The notes: generated from the letters alone by a model not told the origin. A DNA stretch of 54,931 bases from an uncultured Leptospiraceae bacterium (GCA_964345775.1 CAYFSO010000005.1:1-54931); one strand, 5' to 3'; counted from the stretch's first letter, positions 1 through 10,187 are shown. A program made the numbers and translations.

Positions 1-455
1 ATCCTTCCATCAATTATGACACTGGTATCCAGTATCTTGTATGAAATTGATGCTTCCGCCCCTTCTTCGAGGGGAGTTGAGACCAGTTTATCCAGGAAGG
101 CTATTTCCTCGTTATTGATGACAAAAAACATCATAACCGCGAATCCGATAAGATGATACAGTATCGCACTGATAATTGAAACACCTGTAACCGGTATCCC
201 GAGCGGGATCATGCCGATTGCAAGTGTCATCAGGTGGGCAAGGACAAAACCGGTTATCAGCCCCATGATGGCAGCCAAAAGCAGCCTTGCTGAAAAGGTA
301 TGCGAAATATACTCCACGATTATAATAAACAACAGTGCTGCAACGGCCGCAATTACCGCAGCAATCACTGCGGCATTAATAGATACGCCCACATAGTAGG
401 CGGCACTGAAAACTACTGATACGAGGATAAATAAAACTCTGAATACAGTAATCAT
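1..455 (-). CDS. PIN/TRAM-domain membrane protein (YacL-like), 5' part; runs off the window
   Basis: Not in ORF track; manual translation from ATG at 455 (SD GAGAGG): MITVFRVLFILVS..., several TM helices, then PIN motif KILDTSVIIDGR; lies downstream of carD as in the known carD-yacL arrangement. Confidence 0.88.
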   Translation of the reverse strand, partial: MITVFRVLFILVSVVFSAAYYVGVSINAAVIAAVIAAVAALLFIIIVEYISHTFSARLLLAAIMGLITGFVLAHLMTLAIGMIPLGIPVTGVSIISAILYHLIGFAVMMFFVINNEEIAFLDKLVSTPLEEGAEASISYKILDTSVIIDGR

Positions 456-656
456 GTTATAATACCTCTCACAAAATTTGTTCATTGGCTATACACGCGC
501 AGTTCCAGTGTACACCATATCACCGTAATATCCTACACGCGTGACACAATAAAATACAAGATAATGAAAAATCCCCTCCCCGTACATTTTTGATCAGGCA
601 AATTCAAAAAAACTCATGAACGGGGCACGGGTATAACAGGGGTTAGCTGGTATGCA

Positions 657-1139
657 TTACTCGATGGAGAGTGCTTCTGATACAATATTCCCGGCTTCTT
701 CGATATCCACATCCCTTGAAAGGGCTATTTCGTGAATAACAAGTTGATAGGCATTTTCGTAAAGCTTTCTTTCCATTATTGAAAGTTCTTTTTCGCGGCC
801 ACGCCTGTAAAGATCCCTGGCCACCTCCGCTACCTCGAAAATTGACCCACTCTTGACCTTGTCAATATTACTCTGGTACCGAAGTTTCCAGTCATCCTCG
901 GTCTCAACATCTTCTTTCTTCATGAGGGTAAGCACCTTTGCGACCTCTTTTTTCGAAATAATTCTTCGAATACCAATCTCATCGGCCTTTTCCGTAGGTA
1001 TCATAACCTTCATGCCGCTGTTAATGATTGTGACGATGTAATACTCTGTACGTTTCCCAAGAACAACTTTACGTTCAATTGACTCGATAATGCCAACACC
1101 ATGCATGGGATAAACAATTTTATCACCTATTTTATACAT
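657..1139 (-). CDS. carD: CarD family transcriptional regulator
   Basis: YKIGDKIVYPMHGVG N-terminus, WKLRY motif, 160 aa. Confidence 0.95.
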   Translation of the reverse strand: MYKIGDKIVYPMHGVGIIESIERKVVLGKRTEYYIVTIINSGMKVMIPTEKADEIGIRRIISKKEVAKVLTLMKKEDVETEDDWKLRYQSNIDKVKSGSIFEVAEVARDLYRRGREKELSIMERKLYENAYQLVIHEIALSRDVDIEEAGNIVSEALSIE

Positions 1140-1205
1140 TCCCTGCTCCTAAAATGATACAACGATACCAGCCAGCCCCGCATATACATATAATTCAAAC
1201 AATAA

Positions 1206-1233
1206 AATATAGCACAGGACATCCAGATATCAA
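1206..1233 (-). promoter_or_regulatory. Putative sigma-70 promoter of carD
   Basis: TTGATA-N16-TATATT with extended -10 TG on minus strand. Confidence 0.5.
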
Positions 1234-1250
1234 GAAATATTTTTCCGGTA

Positions 1251-3620
1251 CTAATTGTCCAGTACCAGCCCTTCTTTTTCCATGTAACGCTCAAGTACCG
1301 ATTTCATCTGCATGTGCTCTCCGCTGCAGGTACAACGCGGGCCGCCCCCATCCACAAACCACTCACCAGATATTTCGGTACATTTATCTGTAGGTGCACA
1401 TCCGCTGTACGCACACACTGAACCACGATACACTCCCCTGGGCGGTGGACCAAAAGTTGACTCAGGCATACCATTATAAATATCCTTCATGTACTTTGCC
1501 CAGATGGGTGCCGCTACCGAAGCTCCGGCCTGATGTTTTCCCAGCGACATGAAGGGCTTATCGTATCCAACCCAGACAACGGCAGCTATATCCGGGGTGA
1601 AACCGCAAAACCAGGCGTCCGTCCAGTTTGACGTTGTTCCGGTTTTCCCTGCACAGTCCTGGTAAAATTTCTCATCCCTTCGAATGGCCTGCGTCGGTGT
1701 ACCGCTGTTTACCACGGCTTCCATAAGCTTTGTCATCACGTAGGCAACATTCTCGGGTATCACCTGTATGCTGCCATCTTCTTCCCTGGCGGCGATCACA
1801 TTACCAACTTCTTCTTCTATGTTAGCCAGTTCATTCCCGTCGCGATCAACGACATACCGGATAGCAAAGGGGATAACCTCCCTTCCACGGTTTGCATATG
1901 TGGCATACCCGGTAGCCATTTCAAATGGAGTGACCTCAGAAGTTCCCAGTGCGAGGGAAGGGTTGGGATGGAATCGTGACTCAGGCACCTTGAGCATTTT
2001 TGATGCGTATTCAATAATGCGGTCTGCGCCAATAATATCGTATATACGTACTGATATGATATTTATTGACGCCGCCAGTGCCTTGCTCACCCGTACAAGA
2101 CCCCTGTAATCACCCTCGTAATTATCCGGACTCCACGCACTCCCTTCGGCATCAACATCAGCAATGGGAGCATCGGGCAATGCCATCCCGGCGTTTATCA
2201 GCCTTGACTCTATCCCTGCACCGTACACGTACGGTTTGAAAGCTGAACCCGGCTGCCTTCTTGCCTGAATGGCCCTGTTGAACTGGTTGTCAACATTGAA
2301 TCCGGATCCACCCACAAGCGTGGATATATATCCGCTCTGTGGTTCTATTGCCACCAATGCGCCCTCAACCTTCAAGGTGGTTGAAATGCCGCTGGTAATT
2401 TCACGAAAGGTCTCCACTTTCTTATGAACAGAGGGAGCCCCGCCAACAAGTGTCATCATCTCCAGGCTGTCATTGAGGTCATCCACCATTCGTTTACGGA
2501 ATCGCGTTTCAAGGTCATTCTTCACAAGCACCTGGGGAAGGCTGAAAATGGTACGCAGGTGATTGTATGCGGAGAAAAGTCCCCTGTCCACAGCGTTTGA
2601 ATAGTATTGATTTGCCCTGGCAGAAATATCATCCTGCCGCTCCAGCCCGGTTTGAAGATACTCCTGTCCGGCCCTCTGCCTTTTCAGGTTCAACGTGGTA
2701 TACACGTTTAATCCCTGGTTATATACAACATCTTCACCGAAACGTGATACAAGTATTTGACGGACGTAATCGGTAAAATAAGGAGCCTTGTCCACCTCCC
2801 TTGTATAGGCGGTCTTGGTGGGATATTCTGTTTTTATTTTATCAACATATTCGGGCCAGAAAGTTTTGTAAATCTCATCCGAACGTTCCCGGCTGAGAAA
2901 ACCCATATTTATCATCCTGTTCAGGATGTCCCTGTTCTTCTGGTATGCTTCATGGGTATCCATCAGGGGTGAATAGTCTTCCGGTGCCGAAGGTAATGCT
3001 GCAAGAACCGCGCTTTCGGCCACGTTAAGATTTGACACCTCCTTATCGAAAAACAGCTTTGCGGCAGATGAGATGCCGTAACAACCACGCCCCAGGTATA
3101 TCTGGTTAAAGTACATCTCCAGGATTTCCTGCTTTGTAAATTTTTTCTCTATCTGCAATGCCAGTACAGCCTCAACTGCTTTCCTGGTGTATGTACGCTC
3201 TCCCCCGGTGAACAATCGCTTTGCAAGCTGCTGTGTTATGGTAGAGCCCCCCTGGACAATTCTTCCGGCTGCAATATTCTTCAACATGGCACGTACAATC
3301 GCAAGGGGGTTAATCCCGATATGAGAATAAAAAGCCTGGTCTTCGGTTGCGATGAACGCATTTATCAATGGACGGGGCAGATCCTGGTATGACACAAGGT
3401 CCCTTTTCTGGTGAAAAAGTTCGGCAATAAGCTCTCCATTCACGTCATATATCTTGGTTGGCAAACTGGGCTGAAACTTTTTCAGGTTATCAATACCGGA
3501 AAAATTACGTACCTCGGATAATACATATCCAAACAAGACACCACCCAGCAGGGAAATTATCATGATGAGTGCAAATCCGGTTCGAAGTCTTGTCTTATAG
3601 TCCTTCAGGATGGGTTTCAT
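1251..3620 (-). CDS. Class A penicillin-binding protein 1A (transglycosylase/transpeptidase)
   Basis: TEDQAFYSH and QGGSTITQQLAK glycosyltransferase motifs; SAFK, SIN, KTG transpeptidase motifs. Confidence 0.95.
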   Translation of the reverse strand: MKPILKDYKTRLRTGFALIMIISLLGGVLFGYVLSEVRNFSGIDNLKKFQPSLPTKIYDVNGELIAELFHQKRDLVSYQDLPRPLINAFIATEDQAFYSHIGINPLAIVRAMLKNIAAGRIVQGGSTITQQLAKRLFTGGERTYTRKAVEAVLALQIEKKFTKQEILEMYFNQIYLGRGCYGISSAAKLFFDKEVSNLNVAESAVLAALPSAPEDYSPLMDTHEAYQKNRDILNRMINMGFLSRERSDEIYKTFWPEYVDKIKTEYPTKTAYTREVDKAPYFTDYVRQILVSRFGEDVVYNQGLNVYTTLNLKRQRAGQEYLQTGLERQDDISARANQYYSNAVDRGLFSAYNHLRTIFSLPQVLVKNDLETRFRKRMVDDLNDSLEMMTLVGGAPSVHKKVETFREITSGISTTLKVEGALVAIEPQSGYISTLVGGSGFNVDNQFNRAIQARRQPGSAFKPYVYGAGIESRLINAGMALPDAPIADVDAEGSAWSPDNYEGDYRGLVRVSKALAASINIISVRIYDIIGADRIIEYASKMLKVPESRFHPNPSLALGTSEVTPFEMATGYATYANRGREVIPFAIRYVVDRDGNELANIEEEVGNVIAAREEDGSIQVIPENVAYVMTKLMEAVVNSGTPTQAIRRDEKFYQDCAGKTGTTSNWTDAWFCGFTPDIAAVVWVGYDKPFMSLGKHQAGASVAAPIWAKYMKDIYNGMPESTFGPPPRGVYRGSVCAYSGCAPTDKCTEISGEWFVDGGGPRCTCSGEHMQMKSVLERYMEKEGLVLDN

Positions 3621-3712
3621 AATACGTCGCCTTTACGTGTTACAGTATAAACAGAGCTGTAAACCTCTTTGTACCAGGTGGATAAAATTATCAAGCAAAT
3701 TCTATTAATTTC

Positions 3713-3916
3713 CTACCTGTTGCGGGTCATGTTAATGACATATGCCACCAGGAATACAACACAGAAAACAATGATTATCCACATAATGGCATAGAAGGCA
3801 GCTCCAAGCACAAATCCCAGGAATTTCAGCACAAAGGGTATGAGATACCTGAAAAGAAGGTACACCGCGGTGATCACACCAAGCAGGTATATTATTACTG
3901 ACCATTCCTGACGCAT
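3713..3916 (-). CDS. Small two-TM membrane protein
   Basis: 67 aa, two hydrophobic segments, fills gap in co-oriented run, GGGG SD-like sequence. Confidence 0.7.
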   Translation of the reverse strand: MRQEWSVIIYLLGVITAVYLLFRYLIPFVLKFLGFVLGAAFYAIMWIIIVFCVVFLVAYVINMTRNR

Positions 3917-3952
3917 TGATTTACCCCTGTATCTCCATGTATTTTCAGGATG

Positions 3953-6556
3953 CTACTTTGTTCGTAGCCTGTATACCCCATCCCAGCTCTTTGAGGGTGG
4001 TTTCTCCATAAATTCCGTGCACCTGGCCTCGTATGTTTTACATGGGCCGTCTTCTGGAATTATCTTCAGCGCTGCCCTGAATATAGACCGCGACTTCTTC
4101 CATTCCCGCTTTTTGAACAGTTCAAGTCCCTCATTGTACTTGTCCCTCATCTCAAGTACATCGTCAGGCAACTCACCCCACAGCTCCATCAGTTCGAATA
4201 CCTTTATTGGCTGCTCTTTCCCGACCACCCGTATGGTATCAAGTTCCCGGTACCCGAAATCATCTTTTACCAGTTCATGGGTATCTTCACTTATCATGAG
4301 GTAAGTACCATAATGCTTATTTGCCCCTTCCAGCCGTGCTGCAAGGTTTACCGAGTCACCCATGGCTGTATAATCCATTCGCGTATGGGAACCCATATTA
4401 CCCACCACAGCATCTCCAGTGTTCAACCCCATGCGCACATGAAGTTCATGCCTGCCCTGCTTTTTCCAGACTTTTCGCATGTCCCGCAGTCGTCTCTGCA
4501 TCTCCATTGCTCCGTGACAGGCACGTAACGCGTGATCCTCAAAAATATGGGGAGCACCGTAAAAAGCCATTATTGCATCTCCTTCGTACTTGTCAACCGT
4601 CCCGTTGTTTTTCAAAATAATATCGGTCATTTCAGACAGGTACTCGTTCAGCAACTGTACAAGATCAGGAGGAGTCAGCTGTTCAGATATGGTTGAAAAA
4701 GTCGCAATATCCGAAAAATAGGTGGTTATGTTTCGCATCTCACCCCCAAGGTTCAATGCCTGCGGATTCTTTATTATCTCGTCAATAACCCGTGGCGAAA
4801 TATAATGCCCGAACGCCGACTTTATAAAGCGACGCTGACTCTCCTCTCTCAGGAATTTAAACGAGGATATGGTAAGCGAAGGAAGCAGCATTGACAGCAT
4901 AACACCAAGCTGGTCAACCCAGACGTTCGTGGTGGAAAGAATAAGAACAACTATTGCATAGAAGAGAACAACAGAGGCAACAATAGTAATAACCGACTGC
5001 TTTGCGTCCATTTGCTGTATCATGTATCCTGCACCCAGCGCGATGATCAACATAACAAGAAAATTCACAACGTTTGAAGCTTCGGCGATAAATTCCTTTT
5101 GCAAGATGGTATTTACCACGTTGGGATAGGTACCTACCATCATGTAATGCGAGGAAAGCGGGGTCACCCCGATATCCTGTGTCCCCGTAGCAGTAAGGCC
5201 AACAATAGTTAAATGATGGCGCAGGCTTTCAACTTCCTTTACCAGCTTTATGGCATTAATGAAATTCTGGAGGCCGGCCATCGATTCACGTGCCCGGGGA
5301 TCATCAGCTGCCAGCTTTTCCAGGCGTTCCAGTTCTTCATGAAGGGGCTGGACCAATTCATCTTCCAGCACGTCAATCCGGTTTCGATATTCCACGATAG
5401 TCTGCCACAACTGTTGTTTTTCCGCAATCCCGGTTGCCTGGAAATACTTCCGTTCAGCCTCACCAAGTTTTCCGATAAGTTCACTTCGTTCAGTCTTCCG
5501 CATTGCGATTTCCTGTTTGTCCAGAAACCCATGCACCTCCCCGGCAACCATACCATATTCCAGCAGTGCATAAAAAGAAAGATGGTTGAACGTTTCTTCC
5601 CGGTCACCGGCCCAGTTGATATTCATCATTCCTCTCTTATCAACGGGTATGACCACGTCCCCCTTCTGATGAGTAACCGGGTTCAGGGCATCCTTCAGGA
5701 CAATGCGGTTTCCGGGTTCAATAACAACATTTTCCATTGGTACTCCGCAAAGGTCCATCACCATTACCAGCCCCAGATGAAAGAATATCCTGTCTTCAAA
5801 AACACGCAAAAGCCGTATCCTCCTGGCAGTACCGTCCATATCGAAATCGCTGTCTACAAACCCGAATGTCTTTGCCGTACCGATCACTTCAGGAATAGGG
5901 AATTGTATTGCCACCCTTTCAGGGTCTACAAGCTGGTCAAATTTCTTTTCTTCTTCTTCAGGGACAGGAATCGAGGCCCGGCTGATAAAATTCTTCCTGG
6001 CCTTCTCTATTCTCGCCTTCTCTTCAGGTGACAATATCCTCTCGGCAAGTGTTTCCTTCAAAAATGAAAAGGGGATGATAACATTTCCCACAGACCTCAT
6101 GCCATTGGCAAGGACGGCGTCATGATCAAGCACTATGCTGGATAAATCTTCTTGTCCAATTGGTTTTCCTTTTTGGAAATCCTCAATAATTGCATTGTAT
6201 GCTTCCATGTCAAGGCCCACTGGTGATGAATCCGGGAACTGGATATCCATGGTGGTCTGCCGGTTGCCCACCTGCCGAAGCACCTCCATCCCGTACGCAT
6301 AAAAATCACGTGGCCACGGATATTGCCCCACGTTGTTAAGGCTGTTGTCATCAATATTTATAAATGATAGAAATTCCCATTGCGGAGGCGCCTGTTTCAA
6401 CTGGAACGCTATATCGTACATCTTCAGCTTGAAAAGATGGTATGGACTTGTAAAACTGAAAAGAAAAATAAGGATAAAAAGAATACCCCCGATGATCATA
6501 CCGGAAAACCTGCTTTCCTCCATGAACTTCTGTATACTGCCAAGCACTTTTTTCAT
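3953..6556 (-). CDS. CHASE2-domain class III adenylate cyclase
   Basis: IDDNSL..GQYPWPR and DFDMDGTARR CHASE2 motifs, 3 TMs, FSDIATF, DKYEGDAIMA, YTAMGDSVNLAARLEG catalytic motifs; start could be TTG 6562. Confidence 0.93.
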   Translation of the reverse strand: MKKVLGSIQKFMEESRFSGMIIGGILFILIFLFSFTSPYHLFKLKMYDIAFQLKQAPPQWEFLSFINIDDNSLNNVGQYPWPRDFYAYGMEVLRQVGNRQTTMDIQFPDSSPVGLDMEAYNAIIEDFQKGKPIGQEDLSSIVLDHDAVLANGMRSVGNVIIPFSFLKETLAERILSPEEKARIEKARKNFISRASIPVPEEEEKKFDQLVDPERVAIQFPIPEVIGTAKTFGFVDSDFDMDGTARRIRLLRVFEDRIFFHLGLVMVMDLCGVPMENVVIEPGNRIVLKDALNPVTHQKGDVVIPVDKRGMMNINWAGDREETFNHLSFYALLEYGMVAGEVHGFLDKQEIAMRKTERSELIGKLGEAERKYFQATGIAEKQQLWQTIVEYRNRIDVLEDELVQPLHEELERLEKLAADDPRARESMAGLQNFINAIKLVKEVESLRHHLTIVGLTATGTQDIGVTPLSSHYMMVGTYPNVVNTILQKEFIAEASNVVNFLVMLIIALGAGYMIQQMDAKQSVITIVASVVLFYAIVVLILSTTNVWVDQLGVMLSMLLPSLTISSFKFLREESQRRFIKSAFGHYISPRVIDEIIKNPQALNLGGEMRNITTYFSDIATFSTISEQLTPPDLVQLLNEYLSEMTDIILKNNGTVDKYEGDAIMAFYGAPHIFEDHALRACHGAMEMQRRLRDMRKVWKKQGRHELHVRMGLNTGDAVVGNMGSHTRMDYTAMGDSVNLAARLEGANKHYGTYLMISEDTHELVKDDFGYRELDTIRVVGKEQPIKVFELMELWGELPDDVLEMRDKYNEGLELFKKREWKKSRSIFRAALKIIPEDGPCKTYEARCTEFMEKPPSKSWDGVYRLRTK

Positions 6557-6649
6557 GTCCAACCTGCCTCAAATTGAGATATGTACATATAGCGGGACCC
6601 GCATTTCTCACATACCGCTACATGAACATTTTCTATATGTATGCAAGTG

Positions 6650-7795
6650 CTATCGCGATGGCCGTTCTTTCACTGTAATATAAAGGGTAACTTTAGATTT
6701 ATTGCGCCAGACAGTTGCTTTCAGTGTCTTACCTATTTTACTGCGCCCCACAATATCAACAAGATCCTCATAAGACTCTATTTCCTCCCCGTCAACTGCC
6801 AGTATTACATCACCAACCTTGACTCCAGCCTTCGCTGCCGGGCTGTTTCTCATGATGGCGCCAACCAGGGCTCCCCTTGGTTCATCAAGGCCAAGTTCAT
6901 CCGCGTACTCCTGTGTCATTGGTACTATCTGTACTCCTATGTACCCTCTTTTTATCTTTTTATGCTGTTTCAGCTGTTCAAGGATCGACTTGGCAGTGTT
7001 CATTGGAATTGCAAAACCGATCCCCATGTAGCCTCCGCTTCGTGAGTAGATCATCCTGTTAATGCCTATTACTTCACCATTGATGTTGATCAAGGGCCCC
7101 CCGGAATTGCCGGGGTTAATGGATGCATCTGTCTGTATATGGGACTGGGATCCACCCATCATATCAACATCCCTTCTCCCCGTTGCGCTGACCACCCCTA
7201 CCGTGAATGTCCTGTCAAGGCCAAAAGGATTACCAATGGCAATGGCCCAGTCGCCAACCCGCACACTGCTGGAATCACCAATAAACACGGGCTTTAACTT
7301 CCCGTCCGCATCAATCTTCAAAAGGGCAATATCCGTTCTCTCATCGTAGCCAACAACACTGGCCTCGTAAGTATCATCATCAACTTTAACAGTCACCTTA
7401 TCAACACCCTTGATCACATGATGGTTAGTGCAAATATATCCGTCTTCCGACAGGATGAACCCGGTGCCCAGACCGGTTCTCTTGCGTTCACGCTGCTGCT
7501 CAGGGGCACCAAAGAATTGCCTGAAAAACGGGTCATCAAAGAATGGGTGGCGTGGCATCTTTACCGTTTGTTCGGTGGTTATCGAAACAACGCGATCCTT
7601 GTAGAGATCATACACCTGCCTGAATGCCTCCTGCATTTCAACGGCATTTCGGGCAGACTTGTTCCCCTTCAACGGTGAGTCGTTCATATCACCGAACAAG
7701 GAGGGATAATTCTGTGAACATGAAAAATTATTAAGCGTAATAAACATGACGCACACAAGGATTACCGGGAAGATATATTTCATTCTGCTTTTCAT
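6650..7795 (-). CDS. htrA: HtrA/DegP-family serine protease with one PDZ domain, possible lipoprotein
   Basis: TNHHV, DIALL, INPGNSGGPL catalytic triad; single C-terminal PDZ; start set at 7795 by SD GAAGGAG; NFSC possible lipobox. Confidence 0.92.
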   Translation of the reverse strand: MKSRMKYIFPVILVCVMFITLNNFSCSQNYPSLFGDMNDSPLKGNKSARNAVEMQEAFRQVYDLYKDRVVSITTEQTVKMPRHPFFDDPFFRQFFGAPEQQRERKRTGLGTGFILSEDGYICTNHHVIKGVDKVTVKVDDDTYEASVVGYDERTDIALLKIDADGKLKPVFIGDSSSVRVGDWAIAIGNPFGLDRTFTVGVVSATGRRDVDMMGGSQSHIQTDASINPGNSGGPLININGEVIGINRMIYSRSGGYMGIGFAIPMNTAKSILEQLKQHKKIKRGYIGVQIVPMTQEYADELGLDEPRGALVGAIMRNSPAAKAGVKVGDVILAVDGEEIESYEDLVDIVGRSKIGKTLKATVWRNKSKVTLYITVKERPSR

Positions 7796-7936
7796 AAAAC
7801 TGAACTCCTTCTGGTATGTAAGTATACGTGAATATAGCTTTCCAGACATTATATATTGACCAATTGTACCTGTATTCTGTGGTTATAAAACTGGTTGCAA
7901 TTATAATTAAATGTTATTCATAATGCAATCGCATTT

Positions 7937-8602
7937 TTACAGTGTGAAAACCCGCATTAAAAGCGCGTACTGCCTGTTAATATCCTTCATCCGGTTTATA
8001 TCACCACCTGGCCTGTCCGGGTGATATTTTTTTACAAGTTTCCTGTACCTGCTCTGCACCGTTTTTCTTGTAGGATACTCAATATTAAAGACCTCCAGGG
8101 CCTGCTCCACGTCACGTTTATGTACCACGTAAGTTTTCACACCATTCAGCACGTCATTGAACTGCTGGCTCTCGCCGTATTCTATATTCTTTTCATCCAG
8201 GTAAAATTCACGGAGTGGATCATATTGCAGGGCATTTTCCAGTTGTGCATACTCTGGATAATGCAGAATGCAATAGGCCCCGTGTTCAGAAGGCCTTTCA
8301 CAAAAGCTGCCCTTCTCTGGATGGTAATGGTGACATTTATTCTTTTCGGGATATGATACAGCAGCCATTCGCATTGGATCAGGATGAACATAATACCCTT
8401 CCGGTGCAACGTTTTTTTTCAGCCTGTACAGGGCATGAAACAATGAAAAATGCCTTTCATAGAGGCTTCCCTGGTCATCATACCATGGCTGTTCTGCCAG
8501 GAATTCCCTGAACACCGTGGCTTCCATTACCGGCTCATCCTTATCCAGTAGATATTCCAGCAGTTCTTTTGTATCTATGTTCACCAGTTCACTCATTGTC
8601 AT
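7937..8602 (-). CDS. DNA-J-related domain protein with C-terminal J domain
   Basis: LYERHFSLFHALYRL and DPLREFYLD N-domain motifs; KYHPDR J-domain HPD. Confidence 0.85.
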   Translation of the reverse strand: MTMSELVNIDTKELLEYLLDKDEPVMEATVFREFLAEQPWYDDQGSLYERHFSLFHALYRLKKNVAPEGYYVHPDPMRMAAVSYPEKNKCHHYHPEKGSFCERPSEHGAYCILHYPEYAQLENALQYDPLREFYLDEKNIEYGESQQFNDVLNGVKTYVVHKRDVEQALEVFNIEYPTRKTVQSRYRKLVKKYHPDRPGGDINRMKDINRQYALLMRVFTL

Positions 8603-8610
8603 AACAGGTA

Positions 8611-8811
8611 TTACTTGAAAGGATCCGGGCTTACCCTTCTCTGCTCATCCTCTTCTTTTTTTATCTCTTCTTTAAACATGTACCTATAATCATTGGATCC
8701 GTCCGGAGATATTTGCTGACGTGGCACCCTGTTATTCTGGGTATCACCGCACGCACAGAGCCATATGCAAAGTATACATGATACAGCTACTGGCAGATAC
8801 GAATATTTCAT
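8611..8811 (-). CDS. Small lipoprotein (66 aa)
   Basis: ATG 8811 after GGGGGAGGG; signal peptide ending LCAC lipobox. Confidence 0.7.
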   Translation of the reverse strand: MKYSYLPVAVSCILCIWLCACGDTQNNRVPRQQISPDGSNDYRYMFKEEIKKEEDEQRRVSPDPFK

Positions 8812-8978
8812 TTGTCCCTCCCCCCAACAGTTACAATAACCCACCTGGTCGGCCACATGTACGCAAAGGTACATTATATCATAATTCTCTTGTGTTATGT
8901 ATAGAAATTTTGAGTATACATACAGTATAATGTTACCATATGCAATTGAAAAGTCATTTTCACAACTTTACAAATAGA

Positions 8979-9007
8979 TTGACAAACGCGCGCAACTGGT
9001 GTACACA
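8979..9007 (+). promoter_or_regulatory. Putative sigma-70 promoter for the 9036 gene pair
   Basis: TTGACA-N17-TACACA. Confidence 0.4.
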
Positions 9008-9035
9008 TTAATAAGTGATTTTCAGGGAGGGAGTC

Positions 9036-9737
9036 ATGAAAATATTTACAAATGTTCAGGATATTCCTGTTCCGAACAGGAATACAAACCGTAATACGGT
9101 ACAGGATCACGTATCAAGCGAGAAAGGGAAGTCTCCAAAAGACTGGACCCGGGCTTCTGTGCGCAGTGACAATGTCAACAGAAGACAGAACATCAGCGCC
9201 CTGTCAATGGCACAAACAGCGCATACCATAGTCAACAAGGCCATCAACATATCCATGCAGATCCAGCGTGAAATGATGGAATCTTTTGCCAACAGCGACA
9301 TGGACATTACTGAGATCCAGGCAAGGGTTTCATCTATGAACAACCAGCTGAACAGCTTTGGAGTTTCCGGTGTAAGCGTCCCCGTGTCACAGAACAGCAA
9401 TGACAACGTGGAACTTCCGATGGAAGAGATCGCCAGCACCATGCAGTCATTGCAGTCCATGGTGAATACTGTTGGCCGGGATCCCCAGAACATTCGGGAA
9501 CAGGCTGCATCCATTACCGGTGCGCTGCAGCAGCACAGGCAAAACGTTGATTTTTTCATGGATACGTTGTCGCGTTCAGGAAATATCCCAGTCCCACAAA
9601 ATACTGTTGACAGTACTGAATCTGCAGCCGATCTTACTGCCCGAACGGCCGGTTCCATAGCAGGTGACCCGGTTGCTGCCATGCTGTCACAGGGGAATAT
9701 TCATGCAGAGCAGGCATCTGAACTGGTAAGCACGTAG
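9036..9737 (+). CDS. Divergent flagellin-like protein
   Basis: MKIFTNV start, ISALSMAQTA, DITEIQARV and C-terminal AMLSQGN..EQASELV resemble flagellin D0/D1 motifs; SD GGGAGG. Confidence 0.65.
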   Translation: MKIFTNVQDIPVPNRNTNRNTVQDHVSSEKGKSPKDWTRASVRSDNVNRRQNISALSMAQTAHTIVNKAINISMQIQREMMESFANSDMDITEIQARVSSMNNQLNSFGVSGVSVPVSQNSNDNVELPMEEIASTMQSLQSMVNTVGRDPQNIREQAASITGALQQHRQNVDFFMDTLSRSGNIPVPQNTVDSTESAADLTARTAGSIAGDPVAAMLSQGNIHAEQASELVST

Positions 9738-9776
9738 GCGGGAAGGGATGGAATCATATCATCAGCAAGTGGAGAC

Positions 9777-10187
9777 ATGAAAATGGAAGTTTTTGACGGT
9801 TTCATAGCTGCGATCGCATCGGAATTCAAGATGAAATTCCACAAGGACTCCGAGGGGGCATATACCACCACGGTTGAATTTGAGAATGATCGAACACAGG
9901 ATATCCTGATCACCCTGACCAAGGATGAATCCGGTGACAGGATCATAAATTACTATTCCATAATAGGGAAGTTGAAGAATGATTCTTTTGAACTTTACAA
10001 GTATGCCCTCAGGGTCAACAGTACCCTGCATTATGGAGCACTTGCCCTCCTCAACGAAACGCTGATATTAAGAAATTCCATCCTGCTGAAGGATTGTGAC
10101 CCACAGCGGTTCATGAAGTCTCTTTTTTACATTGCCGCCAAGGCGGATGAGCTGGAAGAGATGCTTTTGAAAAAAAATGTTTACTGA
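9777..10187 (+). CDS. YbjN/CesT-like (type III chaperone fold) protein
   Basis: 136 aa, RTQDILI ... YYSIIG ... ALRVNSTLHYGALAL ... IAAKADELE pattern. Confidence 0.65.
   Translation: MKMEVFDGFIAAIASEFKMKFHKDSEGAYTTTVEFENDRTQDILITLTKDESGDRIINYYSIIGKLKNDSFELYKYALRVNSTLHYGALALLNETLILRNSILLKDCDPQRFMKSLFYIAAKADELEEMLLKKNVY

Noticed and set aside
211-396. 61-aa plus-strand ORF
   Set aside because: Antisense to the PIN/TRAM gene
3677-3783. DnaA-box-like 9-mers (TTATCCACC on minus, TTATCCACA on plus)
   Set aside because: Only two, one inside a CDS; no cluster or unwinding element, so not oriC
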